Shown here: in pieces, positions 1-13,740 of the stretch
Numbering within the stretch: the first letter of the stretch is position 1
Layout: the number at the start of each line of letters is the position of its first letter
NCBI GenBank assembly: GCA_951406725.2
Contig: OX597815.1
Location: forward strand, 42,904,001 to 42,968,000
Length of the DNA: 64,000 nucleotides
Direction of reading: 5' to 3'
Source of the DNA: Octopus vulgaris
Lineage: Eukaryota
The notes under the pieces: model-generated
Told to the model about the DNA's origin: nothing
What the model saw: only the letters and a program-made list of their open reading frames with translations
Databases searched by the model: none
Program-made: the position numbers and the translations under genes

Positions 1-280
1 GATAAATATATATTTAATAACTGAGGTGTTGTTTATAATATTGAGATACAATAGTCGGTTAATATCTCCATGACGTTTCTGGGTAGCTGCTGGTTGTATG
101 AATTATGTCCTCCATGGAAGGGTGGCATGATTGACATTTGCAGTTGCCTCTCCGGCTTTTAAGATCTTTGCTGTCTCTTCTGCTCATTAGATATTTCGTA
201 GATATCTTCTGCTCTTGGATTGCAAAAGCGTACCTTTTGAGACGTGATATGACGTAACCGTCAAAAATCTAAGAGAATTC

Positions 281-428
281 ATATTAACATTGGTTTGAAA
301 TTTTATCGACTCCGAAAGAATGAAAGTCAAAGTCGACTTCGGTGAAATCTGAACTCGATGTAAAGAATGATGAAACGACGCTAAGCATTTCCTCCGGCGT
401 GCTAACGATTTAGCCACCTCGCCACTTT
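281..428 (-). mobile_element. tRNA-derived SINE family B (partial)
   Basis: Reverse complement matches the family consensus seen at 42034-42845 (ggcgag-tggc...gttagcacgccgg...gtcgactttg-ctttcat-ctttcgg-gtcgataaa). Confidence 0.8.
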
Positions 429-624
429 AATTCATGTTAATATTGTCGTCCTTTCCAGATTTATGGGAGCTATAATCATGCATAATCCTTTTGTATTATG
501 CAGTGTGCTTCGCTTTCAGTTCTTTGCTGAGATATACCAGCCCTGCAGTTCTAGTTAGGTATAAAAGGTCATCAGAAAGGGAATGTTTCTTGAGGAGTCC
601 ACTATCTAATTGCAGAATATTAGT

Positions 625-907
625 AACTTGACGACATTTTAGGACAGATGTGTCGTCATGGTACTACCTCCCTATGCGGCATGATGTTGTTGCTAAACAA
701 TTTACATTGGCATCCGCAATAAAGACTGTCTTGAAGTAAATTTAGAAAATCCTTCTGTAATGGAATACATTAATAAACACCAACTCAAGGAATACGGGTG
801 GAATATTCCCATCAAAATGTCTGTCAAATGTAAACATAATAGGCCGGATATTGTTGTTTGGGACAGAGGGAAAAAGGTATGTACCATCACAGTGGTCAGC
901 TGCCCTT
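625..907 (+). pseudogene. RLE-type non-LTR retrotransposon (R4/Dong-like) fragment, zinc-knuckle/endonuclease region
   Basis: Translates across frameshifts as ...YYLPMRHDVVA...WNIPIKMSVKCKHNRPDIVVWDRGKKVC..VSCP; RHD and RPD motifs of restriction-like endonuclease LINEs. Confidence 0.7.
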
Positions 908-1186
908 CATATATATATATATTCGGTGGAATCTGAACTCGATGTAAAGTATGATGAAATGACGCTAAGCATTTCCTCCGGCGTGCTAACGATTTAGCCA
1001 ACTCGCCACTTTAATTCATGTTAATATTGTCGTCCTTTCCAGATTTATGGGAGCTATAATCATGCATAATCCTTTTATATTATGTAGTGTGCTTCGCTTT
1101 CAGTTCTTTGCTGAGATATACTATAAAATTGGATTTAATCCTAAATCTAATTTTTCCCTGTAAGTTTGGATTTATTCCCTAATATT

Positions 1187-1218
<32 letters not shown>

Positions 1219-1239
1219 TATATATAGGCGCAGGAGTGG

Positions 1240-1328
<89 letters not shown>

Positions 1329-1329
<1 letters not shown>

Positions 1330-1680
1330 GCGCAGGAGTGGCTGTGTGGTAAGTAGCTTGCTAACCAACCACATGGTTCCGGGTTCAGTCCCCACTGCGT
1401 GGCACCTTGGGCAAGTGTCTTCTGCTATAGCCCCGAGCCGACCAATGCCTTGTGAGTGGATTTGGTAGACGGAAACTGAAAGAAGCCTGTCGTATATATG
1501 TATATATATATATATGTATGTATATGTATGTGTGTGTTTGTGTGTCTGTGTTTGTCCCCCTAGCATTGCTTGACAACCGATGCTGGTGTGATTATGCCCC
1601 CGTCACTTAGCGGTTCGGCAAAAGAGACCGATAGAATAAGTACTGGGCTTACAAAGAATAAGTCCCGGGGTCGATTTGCT
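1329..1680 (+). mobile_element. tRNA-derived SINE family A (3' tail missing)
   Basis: Head ggcgcaggagtggctgtgtggtaag (A box), gggttcagtccc (B-box-like), ccttgggcaagtgtc core, internal (TA)/(TG) tract; about ten further copies in the window. Confidence 0.9.
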
Positions 1681-1686
1681 GAACCG

Positions 1687-2214
<528 letters not shown>

Positions 2215-2353
2215 GTATATCTTTGAAAGTAAAAAAAAGAGGATATATATCTGTAGACAGCTGCTTCGAAATCTCCAGCTTCTATATGGTTAAGGTCAAA
2301 CAACTGACAAGCAAATCTGTGGTATTCAGCAGAATATTTGCTGTCGCCTATCG

Positions 2354-2386
<33 letters not shown>

Positions 2387-2666
2387 GTATGTTAATAACT
2401 TCTTTCTAAAATGTGTACAAACGCACCTCCATTTACAACTGTAATATGTTCGGAGACATAAATTCCGCCGACGTCGAATTTGAGACATACCTGTGTACTA
2501 ATGGATAAATCAAGTAACAGTTGCGTACTGGGATCGATCTAATCGACTTGCCCCCTCTCCCAAAATTTTGAACCTTGTGCCTAGAGTAGAAAAGAATATG
2601 TTCCAAGACATGCCAAAAATAACGTTAAACGAAATAACATTTAAAAGAATTTATTTGCTTACATTT

Positions 2667-2850
2667 CGGATAGAAAAGAGAAACTGTGCACAGTTATGGA
2701 AATTAGCAGCCCAGCGGATGTTAACATAAAGTTGACGATCAGTGAAAAAGAGAACACCTATGCTGAACTATTGAGAAATTTTCAGTTACTCTATCGAGAT
2801 TACAGGTTCAGGTTTATACATGTAATTATTGGGGCCCTAGGATATGTGAA
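2667..2850 (+). pseudogene. RLE-type LINE C-terminal fragment
   Basis: ORF 2696-2995 begins EISSPADVN..SEKENTYAELLRNFQLLY..IIGALG, the typical K-Y / xGALG end of RLE domains. Confidence 0.65.
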
Positions 2851-3584
2851 AATATGGTTTGTACATATTTTCACATCTACGTTATTTGATTTTCCCCTTC
2901 AGTATTGTCTTTTAGGTGGGATTTTTCTTTTTCCTTTTCATTTCTTTTTCTTCTTTGCTTTTATGCTTCAAATATGCTCGCTGAGTCTGACGTAAAGAAG
3001 GATAAATCGTTGAATTAATTTCTTAAGAAAAATAAGCGTAAAGTAAAAAAAGACGTAACTCAAACGACATACGTTGAGGTATAACTGTGTATTAGTTTAT
3101 TGTTATTTTTATATAATTGTTAATTTTAATTTTTGACGTATAGGTTGGTGGGTTCGAATTGTTTCTTATATATTGTTTATTAGTATATAACATCTTACGT
3201 TGAGTTATGTATTTTAATGAGTTTTATATTAAATTGGGAATATTCATGTTCATGATTTGGGGAGTGGTTACAAACAATTCATGATGTGGCATATATGGTA
3301 ACACCTTGCTATATTGTCTTCTCGTTCAACAACAAAGTTTGTTTTCTAAGTAGCTTTACGTATTTGTGTTACTTGTAAGAAACAAAAGAATTCATTACAT
3401 AAAAAAACAAGTAAATGTTTAATAAGCTAGGTTATAATTCCTGTTGACAGCATTCTGCTATTCAGAGATCTATTCCTTCACCCGTGGTTATTCCGTATGC
3501 TCACACACACCACACATACACACATATATATACAGATGCGCACACAAAACTACACATGAATTCTTTCAACTGGTATTCTTTTTT

Positions 3585-3850
3585 TATTCTTTTACTTGTT
3601 TCAGTCATAAGACTAAGGCCATGTTGGGGTACCGTCTTGGGGGATTTTAGTCGAACGAAACGACCCCAGTAATTGTTCTGTCGTTTTCATTTGTCGAACC
3701 GCAAAGTTATGGAGACATAAACACGTCATCACCGGTCTTCAGTCGGTGGCGGGTAACAAACATAGGCACAAAGACACACATACACACACACACACACACA
3801 CACGCGCGCACACACACATATTCTCTCTCTCTCACACACACACACATACC

Positions 3851-3885
<35 letters not shown>

Positions 3886-4049
3886 GACTGGTTTCTTTCA
3901 GTTTCCGTCTACCAAATCCACTTACAAGGCTTTGGTCGACCTAGGGCTATAGTAAGGCACACTTGCTCAAGGAGCCACGCATGGGGACGGAACCCAGAAC
4001 CATTTGGCTGGGAAGCAAACTTCTTATCACACAGCCACGTTTGCGCCTA
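3585..4049 (-). mobile_element. SINE family A (diverged)
   Basis: Homology to 1687-2113 over head, core and tail. Confidence 0.85.
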
Positions 4050-4076
4050 TGCAAAACCGAATGAGTCCAATTGTGC

Positions 4077-4172
<96 letters not shown>

Positions 4173-4959
4173 TATGCCATGGTGCAATAGTACATGTGTC
4201 CAAAACGAAGCCTCATACTCTTATGGTACATAAACAAGTACTTGTAATATGTGCTAAATGTACTCTAAAAAAAAACATCTCTCATCACATGGTGAAGAAT
4301 TAGTTTGACAAGGTGTGATTATCATCACAAGAGTAATTAAGCGGAGATGTAATCGTTAATCATTATTGATACACGTGATTTAACCCACAGGCATAACTTT
4401 CCCAGTGATAAAATCCTTGCATGAGAATAATCCCATTTAATCGGACGCTGCCATAATCCCGTGAGATAATAGATTCTGGCAAATCGTTATCTTCTTTGTT
4501 GTAGCGACTATGAATATTAGCTTCAGATGAATACTTACTTGAAAGCAAAAAAATTCTATATAACAGTACTATTATTTCTTTTATAAATGCCATACATGCA
4601 TGTATATTTAAATATATATATGTATGCGTGTATGTATATAATATATAAAATATATATATATGTCTATATATATATATACATATACGTATCTATACATACA
4701 CATATATATATATGTGTGTATATATATAACTTTCCTTATTGGCCACGTATATATATATATAACACACACACACATATGTATACACCTATTTATACATATA
4801 TACATATATATATATACACATACATATATATACGTGTATATATATATACACATATATATACATATATGTATAGATATACATACATATATACATATATATG
4901 CATAAATATATACATACATATACATACGCATACACACATATATATATATATATACAAAT

Positions 4960-5007
<48 letters not shown>

Positions 5008-5351
5008 GTATACACATATATAAAGTTACAATATATGGATTCGAGTAATCCGGTAGTACTCATAGAAAAAAGCTCCTTAACAAAACATAGACTATATTGT
5101 ACGACACAAGAGAATATGATAAGGAATGTATAAAGTCACAAATGACCGAGAAATAGAGTGATGAAATTTTATTAACAATAAGAAAATTCTAATTCCACGA
5201 CAAATTGTCTCGTAACTTATACATTTTATACACTTCTTATCGATTTCCCTCGTTGTGTATATTCTATATATATAGATAAATAAATAAATATATATATATA
5301 TATATATTTATTTATATATATATTTCCTCACCCGGGGCGCGATTACATTTT

Positions 5352-5765
5352 AGGCGCAGGAGTGGGTGTGTGGTAAGTAGCTTGCCTACCAACCACATGG
5401 TTCCGGGTTCAGTCCCACTGCGTGGCACCTTGGGCAAGTGTCTTCTACTATAGCCTCGGGCCGACCAAAGCCTTGTGAGTGGATTTGGTAGACGGAAACT
5501 GAAAGAAGCCCGTCGTATATATGTATATATATATGTGTGCGTGTATGTTTGTGTGTCTGTGTCTGTCTCCCTAGCATTGCTTGACAACCGATGCTGGTGT
5601 GTCTATGTCCCCGTCACTTAGCGGTTCGGCAAAAGGAGGCCGATAGAATAAGTACTGGGCTTACAAAGAATAAGTCCAGGGGTCGAGTTGCTCGATTAAA
5701 GGCGGTGCTCCAGCATGGCCGCAGTCAAATGACTGAAACAAGTAAAAGAGTAAAAGAGTAAAGAG
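5352..5765 (+). mobile_element. SINE family A, full length
   Basis: Head ggcgcaggagtgg to tail gtaaaagagtaaaagagtaaaagag, followed by (TA)n. Confidence 0.9.
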
Positions 5766-6185
5766 TATATATATATATATACAAATTGAGATAGGGGTTG
5801 TAAATGCAGCCCTCCATGGGATAACATATATCCAATATACTGCTAGTGAGGTACCCAACAAAGTTAATACATAAATGTTAAGAATTGCGATACAATTAAT
5901 ACATTTATTGTATTATATGGGCAAAGGTAAAATGTTTTACCACAAATTCATAATACAAAATAAGAAAATGGAGAAATACACCGAAATCAAATATCAATTA
6001 CCAGATAATACTCAATCACATACTTTATTAAACCACCACATAAGAAACTATAAGGTTAAACATAATAATGTAGGGTAAAACAGTGTACATGAAGGAGTGT
6101 ACATAAAATAGTAATGTTATACAATAAGTAGAATACGCATAATAGAAAATAAATATAAGTACACATAAATATAAATATAGACTAT

Positions 6186-6312
6186 ATCTTACAGCTGTTT
6201 CGGCCATATAGATAAGCATGTCTCATTTAACTTATATTAGCCATTTATGGTCGGTCAATATGTAGTTATAAATGAGACATTTACAAAAACATCCTAAGGC
6301 CTCTTCGGAGAT
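6186..6312 (-). ncRNA. Hammerhead ribozyme-like motif (type I, extended stem II, U4C variant)
   Basis: Minus strand: ATCT-CCGAAGA-GGCC...(ATGTCTCATTTA/TAAATGAGACAT)...GGCC-GAAA-CAGCTG-TA-AGAT. Confidence 0.6.
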
Positions 6313-7037
6313 TACAAATTATATTACATACATACTTATATAGGTGTGGGTACATATCTATAATAAAACATATACATATACATATGAGTGCATATACTCA
6401 TACTCCTATACATATAAATATACATATACATAATGATATAAATAATATAAACTAATAAACATGCATATGCTCCACATTCAATGTTGCAGTTTTTCAACTT
6501 AATGTTGTGATAATTACAATGTAGAAAAACATACACATATTAATAACTAAATGCAGATATAGAGAGTCAATATTACATTCTATTAGTTCTTATTAACTTC
6601 TAAAATGTCATTAATGCTAGCATCATCATCATTGTCGTTACCACTAATGCTACCAATATCATCATTCATATTATTATTAATAACGCCAATACTAGAGAAA
6701 CAATACATAAATTCCATTATTAGCAATATAGTCACAATAGTATTACAATACCAGGGTAGCAAAAATTAACATAAGTGCCAAGTATGTTACAGGTTACTCA
6801 TAAAGGTAGAAATTTCAGGGTTTAGTGAAATGTTTTTGAATAACATATATAATCACATTGGGTTAAAATGGCTCATTGATGTTTTTTTTTTCTCTGACGA
6901 GATGATTGCATTGTTTTACATAATTTTATTCCCTCCAGAATAACACCTGCGTTTGACTCTATTTCTTTATATATATATATGTGTGTGTGTGTGTATATAT
7001 ATGTATATATATATATGTATTATGTATGTATGTAAGC

Positions 7038-7088
<51 letters not shown>

Positions 7089-7384
7089 AAGAGTGAAAGA
7101 GAGAGAGTGTGAGAAGGAGAGAGGTAGCTAGAAAGAAGAAAAGAACTAGATGTACACAAGCTTACATGTGTGTGTATTTGATATTTTAAATTGACTTCTA
7201 ACATTAACACAAATGCCATCGATTTGGGGAGTAAAACAGTACAGAAGATTTCAGTATTTTACTGCTTCTTATTTGAGTAACACCAAAGGGATGGAAAGTA
7301 AAGCTATAAGCCCAGCAGAGACTCTTGCTGTCGTTTCTGCTAATCGTTCACCTACACAATGATGAATAATACAGTACTTAAAAT

Positions 7385-7595
7385 AAGGCGATGAGCTGAA
7401 GGAATCGTTAGCACACCGACCAAAATGCTTAGCGGCATTTCGTCCGTCTTTACGTTATGTGTTCAAATGCCGCCAAGGTCGACATTACTTTTCATTTCGG
7501 AGTCGATAAAAGGAATACCAGTTGATTATTGGGATCGGTGTAATCGACTTAGTCATTTCCGCTATGCTGCTGCCCTTATGTCAAAATTTGAAACC
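7385..7595 (+). mobile_element. SINE family B
   Basis: aaggcgatgagctg...gttcaaatgccgccaaggtcgac...ggagtcgataaa. Confidence 0.75.
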
Positions 7596-8089
7596 GTTGT
7601 TATAATAGTTATACGAATAAGTGGAATGAGGAACGCATGAAGAATTTAAAACAGAAGTCCAAATAGATTTACAAATGCTAGGATGGCCAGATAAATGATA
7701 GAGTAAAATGCACAGTTTTGGGGTATGCAGAGATGTAATAGCCGATTGAGACATTCTTAGTATATTACCGATTCCTTGTTTCAGTTTTATCGACCTATAT
7801 ATAAACATAAGTAAAGACATATTCGGCATATTTTGAATGTACACGTAAAGAGATGCTGTACTTGGTGGCAGTGGTGGTGGGGACCCAATAGGAATTTATA
7901 CAATTCAAGCTTAAACATGACAGGATAGCTTCAAAATGAAGTGGCTTGAGATTCGCAATGGCAAAGGGATTTTTAAAAATTTCTTTTGGAATATGGTTCC
8001 CGGTCGGAAACGCGGCTTCATTGAAACATATAACCACTTTGAACAATTAAAAAACAAAAAATTTTTGTCATCCATGGCATAATATAAGT

Positions 8090-8740
8090 ACCGGTTTCAA
8101 ATTTTGGCACAAGGTCAATAATTTCCTAAGAGTGGGGTAAGTCAATGACATCTACTCAACTAATATTTATTTTATCGATCCCGAAGGGTGACAGGCAAAG
8201 TTGACATCGATAAAATTTCAACTCAGAACGTAAAGACGGGTGTAATGCCGCTAAGCATTTTGCTCGGCGTGCTAACGAATCTTATTTCTTTATTGCCCAC
8301 AAGGGACTAAACACAGAGAGGGCAAATAAAGACAGACAAATGGATTAAGTCGATTACATCGACCCCAGTGCGTAACTGGTACTTATTTTATCGACCCCGA
8401 AAGGATGAAAGACAAAGTCACCTCGGCGGAATTTGAACTCAGAACGTAACGGTAGACGAAATACCGCGAAGCATTTTGTCCGGTGCTCTAACGATTTTGC
8501 CAGCTCACCGCCTTGGTATTATATAAGTATGGGGTTCAAATTTTGGCACAAAGCCATCAAGTATGAGGGAAGGGGTAAATCAATTATATCGACCCCCACC
8601 CCCCAGCGCCTCAACTGGTACTTACTTTATCGACCTCGAAAAGATGAAAGCCAAAGTCGACCCAGAATTTAAAGACGGACGAAATGCTGCTAAGTATTTT
8701 GCCCTGCAGGCTAACGATTCTGGTAACTCGCCATCTTGGT
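8090..8740 (-). mobile_element. Three tandem SINE family B copies
   Basis: Three successive tttatcgaccccgaaa(g)gatgaaag cores with heads near 8280, 8513 and 8735. Confidence 0.8.
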
Positions 8741-9068
8741 GTTATATAATTATTAAAATATCATTAATTCTGTCGACATTATAATAACTTAGAAACATCG
8801 AGAACGTGAGTTAGTTATTTTTGGAACGGTGAATCTCGAAGTAGATAAATCTTGTAAAAATCGGGTTAAAAAACCTTTGGATACAAAAAGTCGACGGCTG
8901 CTCGTGGAACTCGAACCCACACTTCCTGTAAGCAGGAGAGGATTTCTTGGGATCAATGGTAGAATGTCTGTTATGTGTAAAGTGTACGTGGGTTCGAGCC
9001 GCCCTGGTAACCTGAGCCTTTTAATATCTGATTTTTTATTCTCTTAAAATATATATATATATATAAAT

Positions 9069-9373
9069 ATCACGTGATCACGTGACGACCAGTCCATCAG
9101 ATGTAGTTACACATCGCTGGTCACAATGCGTTCGCATTGTTTTAGCCTTCGAATGACGCCACCCCGCTGGCTAAGCGAGCAGGCCAACAGAAGAAAGAGT
9201 GGGAGAAAGAGTGGTGAAAGAGTACAGCAGGGATCACCACCCCTGCCGGAGCCTTGTGGAGCTTTTAGGTGTTTTCGCTCAATAAACACTCACAACGCCC
9301 GGTCTGGGAATCGAAACCGCGATCCTACGACCGCGAGTCCGCTGCCCTAACCACTAGACCATTGCACCTCCAC
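9069..9373 (-). mobile_element. tRNA-derived SINE family C, full length, 15-bp TSD
   Basis: Minus-strand head gtggaggtgcaatggtctagtggttagggcagcggactcgcgg..ggtttcgattccc (A/B boxes); gagccttttaatatc repeated at 9014-9028 and 9375-9389. Confidence 0.85.
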
Positions 9374-10012
9374 AGAGCCTTTTAATATCGTTGACGTTAC
9401 AATAATTTAAAGAATCGAGAACGTGATATGATTATTTGGGGAACAGTGGATCTCGAAGTAGATTAAGGTTATAAATAACCAAAAAAGTTTTAATCCAATA
9501 TTTACACATTATTATTTATAGTTATCAATACTATTATTAGTTTTTAATCTTCTTTTATATAAACTAACCGAAATTCCCTCCCACCTATAATAAAACGAAT
9601 TTCAATATTTCGTTCTGTATAGTTACATTCAAATTATTTTCATTGTGTACCGAAGCGTCCAAAATTGAGCACGCTTTGCATTAATTTGCATAAACTTATT
9701 AATTTACTTTTTATTACTTTGAGTTTTAATTTTTCTTTTCTATATTCTATCACTCTTACTTCCTGGGGTCTACTTGGGAATCTAGCTCCAAAATTAACAG
9801 CTACATTATTCAACAACTATTTATATTTCTTCAAACATTTTTGCTTTCTTATACTTCAATTCCTTATTTACTTGTCTCCCTATGCTTTTGGCAATTATAT
9901 GATTAGGAACTATTTTTTCTTCACAAATCTTATGTTGAGATGTATTTCAATGAAATTTTATGGCATCAACATTGTAATGTATACACACACACACACACAC
10001 ACACACATGTAC

Positions 10013-10083
<71 letters not shown>

Positions 10084-10249
10084 TATATATGTGTATGGAT
10101 GTATATATATATGTATGTATATATTTATGTATGTATGTATATATGTATGCATGTATGTATGTATATATATATATATGTATGTATATATGTATGTATGTAT
10201 ATATGTATGCATATATGTATGTATATATATATGCATATATATGTATGTA

Positions 10250-10282
<33 letters not shown>

Positions 10283-10283
<1 letters not shown>

Positions 10284-11419
10284 ACGGGAAGCTTTATGAA
10301 AATAAACAAAAGACGAAGGCAGGTGGAAAACAAACGAACAATTGTATTAGTATGGCGCTCAGGAAATATAAATAAAACAAGTCTTTAACGTTTCGAGCCT
10401 ACGCTCTTCAACAGAAAGATACACAGAGAGAGAAAAACACAGAAAGAAGGAGAGAAAAAAAATGCGTGCAGTAGCTAACGAATCAACATGGCGATCTGAT
10501 TTCGGCCAGAGGTCAAAGATCAAACATGAGACGCGAGAGCGAAATAAGGGGAGATAATAGGGTTGATAAAAGGGTTGAGGGACCAGCTAAAAGTGCGTGG
10601 GAGGGGTCTGGATGTGTGTATGTATAGGGTTGGTGTATGTATTAGTATGTATAAGGGTGTGTGTGTGTGTGTGTGTGTATGAGAGAGTATTAGTGCGTAA
10701 GATTGGTCTGGACGTGCGTATGTATGGGGTTGGTGTATGTATTAGTATGTATTAGTATGTATTAGTACGTATTGGTATGTATAGGTGTGTGTGTGTGTGT
10801 GTGAGAGAGTATAAGTGCGTATGCGGGGTCTGGACGTGTGTATGTATAGGGTTGGTGTAAGTATTAGTATGTACTGGTATGTATTAGTACGTATTAGTAT
10901 GTATTAGTTGGTGTGTGTATTAGTATGGCACATCATATGTGATGTGATGTGTAAAGTCATGTGGTGTAGTGAGGAGAAGAGGGGGGAAGAGGGGGGGGGA
11001 GAAGAGGGGGAGAGAAGGCGAGGGGAAGAAGAGGGGGAGGAGAAGGGGGAAGAGGAGAGGATGGGGGAGAAGGAAGGGGAGGAGGGGGATGAAGGAGGAA
11101 AGAGGGAGAGAGGGAGTGAGGGAGCAGAGGGAAGGGGAAGAGGGAGGGAGAAAGAGGGAAGAAGGGAAGGGGAGTAGGGGTGAAAGGATGAAGGACTGTA
11201 GAAGTAGGGGTCGGGGGAGAAAGGATAGGTGAGGAGGGGGGAGGGGGTTAGATGAGGAGGGGGGAGAGTTGAGACCAAATGGCGTATAAGAGCGAAGAGA
11301 GAAGATTAATTCCTGTTCACGGCGCAAACGGGAATCCGGATGGCCTCTGTGTAAGGACAAACCGAACACAGATAGGTGTTGCAAGGAGTGACCGGTGGAG
11401 CGGAAATGGCGTGAGACCG

Positions 11420-11423
<4 letters not shown>
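10283..11423 (-). mobile_element. Penelope-like element 3' remnant (GIY-YIG C-terminus plus hammerhead-bearing terminal region)
   Basis: 11268-11423 translates SPVSRHFRSTGHSLQHLSVFGL..RLRREQELIFSLRSYTPFGLN, typical of PLE GIY-YIG C-termini; both ends lie in (TA)n. Confidence 0.8.
10382..10419 (-). ncRNA. Minimal PLE-type hammerhead motif
   Basis: TCTTT-CTGTTGA-A-GAGC(GTAG)GCTC-GAAACGT-T-AAAGA; core deviates from CUGANGA at A6. Confidence 0.55.
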
Positions 11424-11458
<35 letters not shown>

Positions 11459-11524
11459 GAGTAAGCACATAAATGTGAAACGAGATGGAAAATATATATA
11501 CCGTGAGATATGTACACATGTAAA

Positions 11525-11558
<34 letters not shown>

Positions 11559-11567
<9 letters not shown>

Positions 11568-11569
11568 TA

Positions 11570-11636
<67 letters not shown>

Positions 11637-11670
11637 CCTATGACACACACACACACACTCTCTCTCTCTC

Positions 11671-11706
<36 letters not shown>

Positions 11707-11738
11707 GAGAGAGAGAGAGTGTGTGTGTGTGTCATAGG

Positions 11739-11813
<75 letters not shown>

Positions 11814-11820
11814 TGTGTGT
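11559..11820. repeat. Long palindrome of compound microsatellites centred on (TA)n
   Basis: (TATC)n-tacctatga-(CA)n-(TC)n-(TA)n-(GA)n-(TG)n-tcataggta-(GATA)n. Confidence 0.9.
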
Positions 11821-11960
11821 GTTTAAGTGTATGTGTGCTAGAGTGTGAAAGGAAGGGAGATAAAAAAGAGACTCTAGCAGGTGTGTGAATACATATGCGT
11901 TCATGTATTGATGTATCTCAGCATGTTTACGAGTATATATGTATGTACATAAATGTGTGT

Positions 11961-11995
<35 letters not shown>

Positions 11996-12145
11996 TGTGT
12001 GTACATTAAAGACAGTATGATAAATAGAAAGCATTTGAACACACATTTTTATGTATATAAATTTATCAATATGACTGTTCATTTGCGTGAGCATGTGTGT
12101 ATGTATGCGTATGCATGACAGTGAGAATACGATAGAAGGTGGCAT

Positions 12146-12184
<39 letters not shown>

Positions 12185-12763
12185 GTGCAAGAAAGAGAGT
12201 ATCAGCGTGTGTGAGCTCGTGTCGTAAAATTAAAGAATAATTTGTTATGGATAAATATAGTGAAACAATAGAATCAGAAGAAGCTTCAGACTCTCTTACT
12301 TCCTTATTCTAAGTAACTGAACGTTTGTAGCAAAAGGCTATTTATCGAAACGTAAAGATTGTGAGCAGCGCAACTCATTTACATAATGATACAAGATTTA
12401 CGGCTGTGCATTAATTACTGGTTTATTAATATAGTATATGTTGTGAATAAGTATGAAAACAGTCATATCCATATGTATTTAGTTTCCCTATGAAATTAGG
12501 CCTCACGGTTAGACTGCATATACATATTTATTCATAACCAAATACTGTATTGGTATTTTAGTAATTAATGTCCTGTTATATCACTACATAAATGAATTGT
12601 ATTTGATATAATCTTGCTAAGATTTTGATAATTATTTAATTTTCGGTACCTATCAAGGGAGGTAATCATACCCGGATAAGTTGTAAGGACAACGAAACTA
12701 ATTAGTTCAGTGCTCTTGTTGACTCACAGAGCCTAATTTCACAGCAACTTGATATATATATAT

Positions 12764-13159
12764 ACTCTTTTACTTGTTTCAGTCATTTGACTGTGGCCAT
12801 GCTGAAACACCGCCTTTAGTCGAGCAAATCGACTCAGGACTTATTCTTTGTAAGCCTAGTACTTATTCTATCGGGCCCTTTTGCCGAAACGCTAAGTTAC
12901 GGTGGACGTAAACACACTAGCATCTGTCGTCAAGCGATGTTGGGTGGACAAACACAGATATACAAACAAACAAACACATATACATACACATATACGACGG
13001 GCTTCTTTCAGTTTCCGTCTACCAAATCCACTCACAATGCTTTGGTCGGCCCGAGGCTATAGTAGAAGACACTTGCCCAAGGTACCACGCAGTGGGACTG
13101 AACCCGGAACCATGTGGTTCGTAAGCAAGCTACTTACCACAAAGCCACTCCTACGCCTA
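12764..13159 (-). mobile_element. SINE family A, full length
   Basis: Homology to the family A consensus. Confidence 0.9.
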
Positions 13160-13329
13160 TAATACCATAAAAAAATTATCTATTCATGAATAATTATTTA
13201 TAACTAATTATCCCCTCACAGTTTTTCCCTTCAGAGCATCCTTCAGATGGACCCACTTCAGAGCATCCTTCGTGCTTCCATCCAATAACTCCTAGACCAG
13301 GTTGCCAGATTATTGTTAGTTGTACCGGC

Positions 13330-13740
13330 ATTGGATGGAGACTACAATATATTTTACGAACGAAACTCTCTACCTAAGATCCGAATACGTCCCTTTTTAA
13401 ACCACGTCATGGATGATGCGATATAACTGTTGGACAGGGTGCGCAGCTCGAAGTTTCGGGAAGTCTTTCCTGGTCGAGCCGCTGCTTCTCCGCACTGAGA
13501 TGTCACCAATCAAGTATTACGGACATGTGATTAGAATGTTACAGAAAAGAATTTCAAAACAAGCCAAACAGCAGGGTATCTTAGGATAGACTAAGGATGA
13601 GATGGTGGATTAATATCTATTGTCTCAATGTAGATTCCAGTCGGAAAGTTTAATGTCGGTTGCTTCTGACAGGAGTCTTTGAAGGACTCTATTCCAACGA
13701 CCTTCCCAGGAATAATGAGCAGAAAATATGGATGTGTGGA
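13330..13740 (+). pseudogene. RTE-clade LINE 3' end remnant
   Basis: Translation LLLRTEMSPIKYYGHVIRMLQKRI resembles the RTE C-terminal W(F/Y)GHxxRM motif. Confidence 0.5.

Noticed and set aside
9300-9373. tRNA gene-like sequences (also 62156-62283)
   Set aside because: A/B boxes are present but there is no complete cloverleaf or acceptor stem; they continue into SINE bodies
10908-11278. Glu/Gly/Arg-rich or Pro/Ser-rich ORFs
   Set aside because: Translation of a low-complexity purine tract
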